A stretch of 64,000 nt of DNA from Glaucostegus cemiculus. Its lineage: Eukaryota. Positions 1-9,900 of this stretch are shown in pieces (the first letter of the stretch is position 1; each line of letters opens with the position of its first letter). Both the position numbers and the translations under genes were made by a program. The stretch covers positions 7,130,001-7,194,000 of the forward strand of contig CDPCPM010000091.1 of NCBI GenBank assembly GCA_976551045.1, written 5' to 3'. Under the pieces are notes generated by a model. That model was not told where the DNA came from. It made no database searches and saw nothing but the letters and a program-made list of their open reading frames with translations.

Positions 1-210
1 TTTAAAACCAGAGACAGGTCACTCAGGAGAGATTCTAGGAAACACTTCTTCATGCAAAGGGTGGCAGACATGTGGCCAGCTTTCTCGAGAAAACAGTAAT
101 TGTTTTAAATTTGAGACGAATGTATTTTTGATGGCCAAGCAATAGTGAGGTGGAGCAAGTCAGAATGAAACTCAGCCATGATCTCACTCAACAAAGCATC
201 ATGAACATTC
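1..210 (+). mobile_element. CR1 LINE 3' fragment (degenerate)
   Basis: aggaaacacttcttcatgcaaagggtgg = RKHFFMQRV, resembling the CR1 ORF2 C-terminal RKNFFTQRVV motif, followed by CR1-type 3' UTR. Confidence 0.6.
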
Positions 211-404
211 CCATGACCAATAACAAGATTTGGGTGCTGATCAAGAATAGTCCATTAAACAGAATTTCTTCATTCACCTTCTTTCTCTTCCCTCCACTGG
301 CAAAAAACAAAACAAGAATGTTCCTTCCCTCCCACATAACTTCACTCTTCTCAGAAATATACTCAAGATAAATGGCAAGACAAAATACAAAGCCAATTAA
401 GTGT

Positions 405-738
405 ACAGAGTGATATAATTGAAGTATTTAATAGATTTGAAAAGGTAGCTGGGGAGAAGATGTTGTTGCTGGTGCTTGAGTCCAAAAGACAGGGCAGAAG
501 CTTAACGTTTGTGTTGCTCTGCCCAAGCATCACACAACAGACCTTTGCAGAAAGGATGGTAGAAACCTCCCTCAAAAACTTGGTTCAAATTTATACAATG
601 AGGAAGATCATTATATAAAAGTGTTAAGGGATTCAGAGAAAATGGAAGCAAATGGAGTTCAAGTACAAATCAGCCATGATGTAAATAAGTAGCAAAACAA
701 AGTCAAGGAGGCAAATAACCTACTCCTGTTCCTGCTCC
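405..738 (+). mobile_element. CR1 LINE 3' fragment (degenerate)
   Basis: DIIEVF (cf. GDLIEVFK), agaaaggatggtagaaacc, and terminal cctactcctgttcct typical of CR1 3' ends. Confidence 0.55.
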
Positions 739-756
739 TTTGTTCCTTCCTTGGAA

Positions 757-1560
757 TCCTTCCCTCAGTGTCAGCAAGACAAAAGAGCTGGTCATTGACT
801 TCAGAAGGGGGGTGGTGCACATGCTCCTGTCTATATCATTGGTGCTGGGGTCAAGTGGGTTGAAAGCTTCAAGGTCTTTGGAGTGAATAGCCTGTCCTGG
901 TCCAACCACGGAGATGCCACGGCCAAGAAAGCTCACCAGCACCTCTACTCCCTCAGGAGGCTAAAGAAATTTGGCATGTCCCCACTGACCCTCATCAATT
1001 TTTAATCAGTACTTCGTAGAAAGCATCCTATTCAGAGGCATCATGGCTTGCTATGGCAACTGTTCTGCCCGTGACTGCAAAAAAACTGCAGAGTTGTGGA
1101 CACAGCTCGGCACATCACGGAAATCAGCCTCCCCTCCATGGACTCTGTCTACTCTTCTCACTGCCTCAGTAAAGCAGCCAGCGTAGTCAAAAACTCCACC
1201 CACCCCGGACAATTTCTCTTCTCCCCCTCGCATCGGGCAGAAGATACAAAAGCCTGAAAGCATGTACCATTAAACTCAAGGACAGCTTCAATCCCACTGT
1301 TATAAAACTATTGAACGGTTCCCTAGAATGATAAGAAGGACCCTTAATCTCACTATCTACCTCGTTATGACCTTGCAGTTTATTCTCTGCCTGCATTGCA
1401 CTTACTCTGGAGCTGTTACACTTTATTCTGCATTCTTTTACTGTTTTGCCTTGTACTACCTTGATGCACTGTGTAATGAATTGATCTGTTTGAATGGTAT
1501 GCAAGACAAGTTTTTCACTGTACCTCAGTATATGTGACAATAATAAACCACTTCCAATTC
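757..1560 (+). mobile_element. Rex1/Babar-type LINE, 5'-truncated 3' end
   Basis: Decodes to VSKTKELVIDFR, AKKAHQHLYSLRRLKKFGMSP, YGNCSA..KKLQRVV, PSGRRYKSLK, LKDSFNPTVIKLLN with frameshifts; ends aataaaccacttccaatt. Confidence 0.85.
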
Positions 1561-2224
1561 CTTGGTCCTGGTGTCACTGACCATTGTAGGACTTTTATAG
1601 GAGTTCTGATTAAATTATCAATGATGCTGAAAATTTTGCTATTGCCTGCATAGATAAAGAACGGGCAACAAGATATGCATATCCACAAATCGTATGCCCA
1701 GGATTAAGAAGTGACCATTGTATTGTCAGATCTAAAATAAACACGAGTGGAGGCAAAACTCAGAAACTGAAACTGCCAGGAAGTTAGATTTAAAAAAATG
1801 GCATTAAGCAGAGGATGCATTCTAGAAATCTCTCTTTGTCATCGCTATACAAATAAATAACAAATTCCTTATTTTCCAAGTGGGTATTAAACTCCAATTT
1901 TTAAGACTTCAGAACCTCTCCCAAAGACAAGAGTGGATTGATATTCAGTTCAACAATTCATCTGGAAGCTGAGAGAAAATGTCCTATGAAACAAGTCCCA
2001 CATAAAAGCTTTTGAGAAAACTTCTTGATAGATTATCTGACTTCAGAGTTCATTGCAATATGTTCAGTAGTTCATTTTTATTGTAAGTCCACAATATCTT
2101 TGTCTTCAATTTCTGAATTGATTTCTGTGACCTCTTGCTGTACTGAAAATTCCAAGTGGTTTATACTACTTATCCTAGGAAACTTTTTAATAGGTTGTGA
2201 TACTATAAATCTTGTGAAGGTTAC

Positions 2225-2520
2225 AATAGCATAATGGTTAAATTAATGAACTTGTGGTCTGGACCACTAATACAGAGATAGGAGTTCAAATTCTATCATA
2301 ACAACTAATTCAAGTCATTAAATAAATTAGAAAAAAAAACTAACATTGGTAACCATGAAAGGATGCTTACCGTAAAATCCCATCTGGTTCCAAAATATCC
2401 TACAGGGAAGAAAATCTGCCACCCTTATTTGGTATGAATTAAACGTAACACCAGAACCAACCAATGTGGTTTTCTCTTAACAGCCCATTTCAGGGCAAAT
2501 TCAATGCACAGTAAACGAGA
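2225..2520 (+). mobile_element. tRNA-derived SINE (old), tail related to the RTE-X-like LINE family
   Basis: A-box-like gcataatggtta, B-box-like gagttcaaat, core cccatctggttc...agggaagaaaatctgcc. An opposite-strand relative lies at 51230-51545. Confidence 0.55.
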
Positions 2521-2644
2521 TGACTATGTCCCACAATGGAATAAATAGTCTAAAAAAATCCACCATGTTCAAAGCCTCCACACGCTTCAGATGAGAGGGT
2601 TTGTTGGTGGAGTAAGTAATTACCGGGCATACATGGAAGACTCA

Positions 2645-2770
2645 AGGCTAAAATAATGCAAATGCTGGAAATCTGAAAGCAGAAAACGCCAGAAAAACAG
2701 CAGGTCAGGCAGCATCTATGAAGAGAGTAAAAGAGTTAATATTTCTGATCGATGACCTTATCAGAAGGTT
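2645..2770 (-). mobile_element. Penelope-like element terminus with decayed hammerhead-like core
   Basis: aatgctggaaatctgaaa...cagcaggtcaggcagcatct...gagttaatatttc...gaccttatcagaa shares motifs with the terminus of the GIY-YIG element at 50300-51000. Confidence 0.55.
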
Positions 2771-5700
2771 TGCATGTTAGCCATCACTCCTGACCAATTT
2801 TATTTATGAACTGACAAGAAACCCCGGACAAATAACACGCACTATAGACTCGGTACCCAGAGGGATTACAGAAATCAGCTCAGGAATTAGAAGGACGTTG
2901 TGGATCTACAATAAATCAAGTACTGAACATACAGTAATGAACTCAAGACAGCAGGCATGTACTGTTGTTTTAAACTGCTTGGATGCTTCAAAAGTATGAA
3001 GCTAAAGTTGTGCCTAATTATAGAAGATATCAATAGAATGATTTAAAGGATGATTCACACTTCAAATGAATCTCTAGGCAGAGGAATGATTTTTTGGACA
3101 AGACTGGGGGATCAGCTTTAACCTTGACCACCCAACAGAAATTGAGGGTAGATTACTAGTTAGAAACTGACAAAGCTGGGTTAGCTGATTATTAGTTTTC
3201 CCGGTAGCCTAGAGTTGACAGGTGAATCCAGAGAACTAGTGTTCCATCTCTGGTATGGAGCTGTATGTTAATAAGACTCAGCTATGAAAGCAAATGCATT
3301 TCTCATCAAGACTTTTATGCAGATAGCAGTTGGTCTGATCAATCAGCAGATCAGACAACATCTTCAACTGAGAAAGTCTTGCTCATCTGGCTAGTATGTG
3401 ACCCATTAAACTATTCAGTTTTCATGCCAAGAAACCCCATCAATTCTCCAGAATTTAATGACCTTCACCTATTGAGTGTTTTGCATCCAAAACACAGATT
3501 GTCCTTTTTGACATAAGCTGAAATGATTGCTCCAAGTATATTTATAAAAACCAACCAAGGAAGTAATCCACAAACTGACTTTTCCCACCAGAACATTCCA
3601 CTGAGAGAAAGGTCAGAAAGTTTTCTTATAAGCTTGGAACAACATACTGAAGCAATATTTTTGAAACCTGCAGGAGCTGCCAAAATTGGACTTAAAATAT
3701 TTAAAAAAATCTTGCTATGCTACTTTTCACCTTTCAGGGAGGTGGCTAATTTTGTTCAACAAAATAAAGAAACCACTGAACATTCAGTTGTGAAGTGTGA
3801 CAGTATCATACCACTCAATTGATTTGGCTTTGTCATTTTACTTGTTCCTCTCTTTGAAGCTGAAGGCACCAAGGTCCTGAACCAAACCTACAGTTCTCAA
3901 CTTCTAGCAGCTCAATCTGAATGTCCATCAAAGCAATGGCCCAGAATAATGATGATGTTCACCATTCACTATTCCGTGCAACAGCAACTTCTGTATATGT
4001 ATAACTGAATGCAGGAATCCAGAAGCTCCTGGCAGGGATCCACTATGCCTTCAAGGGCTGCACTGTTTACAATCCTCTCCACCAGACTCAAGATGAAATC
4101 AGTTGAACTGCCATGAGTTTGAGTTATTTATGAACAAGTCCCACTGTAAAATATCCTGAAAATCTCACAGTTGATTACATGTAGTCTGAATGAATTATAA
4201 TGGCATTCTAACCCAAAATTACTGCTTAGCAAACTACTTGGCTCCAGGGAAACAAATCTATTGTGATATTCTGAAATGAATTCTTAAAGACAAAGGATTT
4301 TAAAATTAAAACAAAATGATATTTCATGTTCCTGTTTAATCATATGCTTTCCCATCTTTATTTGGCAATCTAAATAATGTTAAAATATTTAAACAAAAAT
4401 TAGTTTTCTGGTTGAGAGATGGTTGAAGTAAAAATGAGATTGGCTCATCAACCTGAATACACCACAGATGTCAGGAATCCCCTTCCACTTGGAGCTGACA
4501 GCAATAGGCATCAGACAAGGGGCACGTCTCACCAGAGGCAGACTGCAGGGTCTCTGCAGGCAATGCTTAAGGTTAGTGGAAACACCAATAGTTCACCTTT
4601 TACTACTTGTTCATATGTAACAGGTTCATCCATCCCAATCAGGCTTTATAACACCATTGAAGGACTTCTAATAAGATGATAATTTTGAATCAAAATACCT
4701 GACTGCATATTTGGATATAAACAGTCCAAGCAAGATAAACTGCTACCAGGCCAAACTCCAACTGATGCTCATCAAAGTGTATGTTCATCAAAGTGAATGT
4801 TCTAATACCAAACCAATAATTCTCTGAATGCCAAATAATATGGAAAGGTCTTACTAGTTATTATAGAAAATAGCGAGATAAACCTCTTTGTAATCAAGTT
4901 AAAATTACTACTTTGATTCCATAATGAAGAGATGTAGATTTACAACTCCAAAGCCAAATAAGTTAGAGGACTGTACAGTTCTTTATCATTAACAAAATGT
5001 ATCAAGAATAATTTAAGACTAGGAGCCAAAATTATGGGAAAAATCCAATTGTCTTATCACCATTTTTAGCTGTGAAATTGATTTCCATGGATTCATTAGG
5101 TGATTCTCTGCCAGCTTTGGCCTATTTTTAAATAGATGCAATAATATTTGGCTCTTCATACTGACACTTTGTGATTAAAGCAGAGCCATCATATTTCAGC
5201 ACTGTGAAGTGGAAACTGTAAAGACCCAAATTCTATACTCTATTAAATCAAAGAATGTGCAAAATGTTAAGATTACACTGTTGGCCAATCAACCCTTAGC
5301 ATCAGATGCCAAAGTCACGATTTTGCTAGATCCATGCAATTTCTGTCTCTGGTCTAGACTTTACGGGCAATCACGGGCTTGAGAGTTCTCAAAGCACTTC
5401 TACCAGTTCCAGTGCAGGTCATCATCCTTTTCAATCCTCAATCTCAGTGAAGGACACTGGAGACTTGGGGTTCCAGCATCTATCTGGTATATTTTCTAAC
5501 CATCACCCTGCTCAGTCCACAATGTTGAAATGCCCCTGACTCGGTGGATTTACTTGAATGTTCTCCAGCTACCTCTCATGTGGTTAAGAATTGCCACTGA
5601 TTTATTTAGGAATGACTAATGCTTATAAGAGAAAAAAAACAGAATTATAGAATAAATATCCTTGGATTACATCCTTTCATCAATTTTTGTTTCTGAATAA

Positions 5701-7448
5701 TAGACTACGATCAAAAAATACCTTCTACCATACCATGGATGATAGAAGTCTACGGATTCGGAACAACTCTCAGTATCACAATCAACTTTCAATTACTTAT
5801 GGCTTAATATTCATGTGGGAGAATTATTGAGATGCCATGACTTCATAATGTCCAAGATGTAATCTGCTCTTGCTGAACAGGAAATCTGTATAATACTGCA
5901 ACTTAAAAACTGCACATAGCTTACTTAAATGGGTGTGGCTGGAAGTACATCCAACTATTATTGAAATTATTTTGGGAAGAACTTTCATAGACTTGATTGA
6001 AATAATTGGGGGAAACTGAAGTTCAAAAATTTAACAATATTATCTTGGCAGAAAATAGGTGTGTTCTGTTTGTGACTCATGCAGTATTATGTAGTAGTGT
6101 CTGATAGCATTTTCCTATTTGAATGCCAATTCTCTGATTTCCCTATGGAGAACATTATGGAGAGAAGGCTTTAATGTTGGACAGAGCAGTAACTAAACAC
6201 CTTTTCATTTAGTTATTGTCTACTAGCTGATTCTCTGCTTCTTTTAAGACATGCAGTGCCAGATCTATCGAAGGTCATTGATTATTTTCCTGTTCAACCA
6301 TACCTGTCAGAGAAAAATTAAAATACAATATGTGCTCTGCGCCAGAGAGTCAAAGAAATCAGGCCTTATGCTTCAATTAACCATCCAGATTCAGGTTCCT
6401 ATTGTGGTATAGATAATCATTCATCATGGCTTATTTAACATTTCATCTTGTAATAAAATAAATCTGGTGTCCTGTTTAAGATTACTGAAGATGGCTTCCA
6501 AACGAATCCAGAAACAAACCTTAATCAATGTGCTTACAAGCAATAATATTCTTTGTGGTATTTTTGGTGCACTGGTTAACACTCAAGTTAAATTCCTATC
6601 CCTGCTATTTTAACACAGTTATTATCTTTGGATTAAGAAAGGGCAGGCAGGAATTTAACATGAGTGCATTAACCAATGCACTGAACTAGTTCAGAGGTGG
6701 TATTAAACCCAGTACTCTTTGTCATCACTAGATGGCTTTAACCATTATTTTTACAATACGTATGATGCATTTTCTCCAAAAATATTATTTGAAACACAAC
6801 TTTCATTCCTGTCCAATAAAAGATTTCAACAAATGGATATTTTGTTATAGATGGTAAAGCTGACTACTAATTGTTTCTTTAATTCTTTTTAGATCATTTC
6901 ATTGTTCTGCAGCATATGGATCTATAGATGCAATACTGAAAGCTCACATAACAATTAAAGAGTAATAAGGTTATAATCAGTCTTATGCCTCCGTTGTGGC
7001 AAATAATGGCAAATGCAATTGCAAGAGAATCAGTTTATAGGCACATTTGAGTTGTCCTAAAGAATACTTGACCTACATTAAATAGAAAAATCCTGTATCG
7101 TAATGATGGCTGCTGATTTCTCTACACAGCCAATTGCACACTACAATGATATGGTGAGTAGATCCACCTTCACACAAATTATTGCATTAATAGAAAGACA
7201 ACTGACCTTATTAAGTGAGCAGTTACAGATCAGCACACAAAGAGATTTTCAATACATTTTTTAAAAAAAAGATGTGTGTCAAAACAGAGAAACAAAATAC
7301 ATGCCCATAAAATGCAAAAGAAAATCTATCAGCCTCTGTTTTCAATCAGCTTCTGCTCATGGGGATAAAAGAGAACAAAAACAAATAACTTTAAGTAGGA
7401 GTCATAGCACATATTACACACACAGCTAAAATGTAAAAAATGCATTAC

Positions 7449-9255
7449 TTGGTTCAGGTGATGCCATTGTGGAGACAATGACTGGAGGTCCCGTACGCCT
7501 GGTCACTTTTGGGTTTGCAGGATTCGCCAGCTGGTAAGCTGAGCTTGTAGGTACCAGTGTAGACTCCACCTGTGTTCCCGGCTTTCGGAGAATCCGAGGA
7601 CTGTTGTGAGGGCTGTGCATAAGAGACTGAGTTGAGCTGCGCTCCCTCGTCATTAGTTCTATGGGTACAGTGTAAGTAGTAGAGTAAGCAGTTTTGGGAC
7701 CTGTACTTGGAGAGGCCTGCAGTGTAGTCATTGCTATTCCGGACTGAGCCGGGTAGAGAGGCCCCGATCGCAGGTTCTGCAGCCCAACTGGGGCAGTGCC
7801 GCTGTAGCCTGTGAAGCTTGGAAAATGGTTCCCCAGTCTTCCAGGCCCAGAGGAACCATAGTTAGCAGTTTCGAGGAGATGCTGGGATGGGGCACTGGAT
7901 GGCCGACGGTTCACTTCAGCAAGCCTGGGTGACATTGGTTGCAATGCCATTGGTAGCTGCTGAGCGGTGGGATTATCCATTGCAGGGACCACCCCTGGCT
8001 GAACTCCATAGTCATTACGCATCAGCTCACTTCTGTGACTGAAGCTGTTTGAACGTGTTCTCATCCGGGCACTGCTGTTCTGCAACTCCTGGCGTAACTG
8101 CATGTCCACTTTGCAACCGTGGACAAGCCGTAACAGCAATCGCGCCTGACCCAGATTCGGAGCCACAGACTTGATGTCGTTTTCCTCCAACATGGCCAGG
8201 AAGTTTGTTGAGTCAAACCCTTGTTGCAATAAGTTTGCAATCGTGTTTTCAGATAAGCCCTCTGAGCGCAGCAGCGCCAGGAATTCAGCTTTGCTGTCCT
8301 GCCCGTGGCTTCCAGCAGGAAGATGGCTGTGGGTCAGCATGGTGTTGTCGTAACCATCATAGGCAGGCTTTGAAATTAAACCATCTCTGTGCGTTCCGTA
8401 ATCAGACATCATTCGGGTTGTCACTCCTTGCCTACGGCTGTGGTTTAGTGTGCCAGGGGACAGCATCCTATCCAAACTGTTCTCACACCGAGATCCAGTG
8501 ACAGGATCCACAACTAAACAAGTTGGAGTAATCTGTCGCGTGCTGTTAGAGTCCACCGGCCGACCAGTGGCGTCACTGTACATCTGCTTACCAGAGAGAT
8601 GCGGTGGCTCAGCCCCGTAACGAGGGAGAGGTGTTTCAGCACCATACCTGGCTGGAGAAGGATCCCGACTGCGCATCTTTGGCCCATCGTGGACCAGCTT
8701 ACCAGAAGGATCATGGTACATATGGTTTACCTCAGGAGGGGGAGGGGGCCTCCTATGCGAGTGGTCCCACGACATTCTCCCGCCTGACATCCCATAATTC
8801 TGCGCTGATCTGTTAAGCATATGATCCCTATAAAACCGTGCCTCTTCAGATGGCCTAAGTGCCAGACCAGGCTCGCCATAGTAATCCTGAGGAGGCACTG
8901 AGTTGCGTCCAGACATCACGGCCTGCTTTTCATGGGAACAAGAGAGATCAGATACAGAGGATTTTCTCAGAAGTCTGTGATCATAGCGATTGGGAAAATC
9001 TTCATCAAACCCGGAATCTGGATACCTGTAATGTTCGCAATTATGTTCATACCCTCCTGCAATGTTGTGATCACGCACTCTGACGCTAACACTGCCGTCG
9101 CAGACACCGTCACCGGAGTAGGTTAGTGAATCTCTTCTCCTACGAGGCCTTTGGTATTCGCATGCGCTGTCGTTGTCCCAGTTGTCTTTGTACCATCCGC
9201 TAGAGTCCCAGCTCTGAGAGCAGCCAACAGTTGTATGCTTGCTAGGGACAGGCAT
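7449..9255 (-). CDS. CTBP2: RIBEYE A-domain exon (ribbon-synapse scaffold isoform of CtBP2), 602 codons + 1 nt, phase-1 donor
   Basis: 609-aa ORF matches recalled vertebrate RIBEYE motifs: MPVPS..SQSWD..GWY, QAVMSGR, PTCLVVDP, LLQQGFDS, DIKSVAPNLGQAR, FSHRSEL, RRPSSAPSQHLLET, TAYSTTYTVP.EL, KV.RRTG.P.IVSTM..PEPS. Donor CCA A|GTAATG at 7449/7448 falls where the A-domain joins S-IRPQ of the shared exon. Orthology versus the non-mammalian ctbp2-like paralogue is not formally excluded. Confidence 0.95.
8113..8286 (-). other. SAM-like helical domain within the RIBEYE A-domain (aa ~324-381)
   Basis: EFLALLRSEGLSENTIANLLQQGFDSTNFLAMLEENDIKSVAPNLGQARLLLRLVHGC has the L..GL.......L...GFD....L..L...D+......G....+ SAM pattern. 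It is the clearest predicted folded block in a Ser/Pro/Arg-rich chain. Confidence 0.7.
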
Positions 9256-9399
9256 TGGAATAAAATGACTTCAGCTTAGTTAAAGAGGCGGGACCTCTGG
9301 TTACAAAACATGAAACAAAGCAGGCTGGTTTCACCTGAGCCCCAGTGGGACTCCAGAACCAAGCAACTGAAGGTTTTCTATTACAAAGTACTGCTTGAA

Positions 9400-9900
9400 T
9401 TATTAATCCAAAGAAACATCAGTAGAAACAAAACATAACGCACCTTGTTACCAAGTCTCATTCCACAACGGCCAAATGAAAGATCCTCTTTGTGTGTCAG
9501 CTTGCAGATAGAAAGGGTAGATTCTTTTAATCCACACATTTATCCTTTCCTGCTTGGGACACTTGCTTGTGCAGACAACTGGTATGGCAGAGCTCATGGA
9601 TTAAGTGCTAAATTAAACCAGTAAAGCCTTTGCTCTTTGTGACATCAATCGAGCTCATTCCAAACCTTCCATTGGTCATATGCTGCAGATTCGCAGTTTT
9701 TAAAAATCAAGCCACTAAGCAATTTCCGATCAAATTATTTATGTGTTCTGCATTTTTTTTGAAATGTCACTGTAAGTGGAGGGCCTTATACTTTCTGGTA
9801 AAAAGAGGAAGAGAAAATTAAAGAGGCAAAAAGCCTGACAATCCCTCGCTGTCAGCACAATTCAAATCCATCTTGATGAGATACTAATCCAATGAATATA
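9400..9900 (-). promoter_or_regulatory. Putative RIBEYE promoter / proximal enhancer
   Basis: Four K50-homeodomain sites (TAATCC 9404-9409, 9528-9533, 9885-9890; GGATTA 9598-9603), Maf/NRL half-site TGCTGAC (minus, 9851-9857), E-box CATATG 9677-9682, CCAAT (minus, 9671-9675), TATAAG (minus, 9785-9790). No repeat recognised in the region. Confidence 0.55.

Noticed and set aside
7426-7448. ORF-track C-terminus (S)NAFFTF* as a stand-alone 609-aa protein
   Set aside because: Read-through into the intron past the phase-1 donor; no close AATAAA on the minus strand to support an A-domain-only mRNA.
8171-9126. Several plus-strand and alternate-frame ORFs overlapping RIBEYE
   Set aside because: Shadow ORFs of a GC-rich coding exon; no recognisable motifs.
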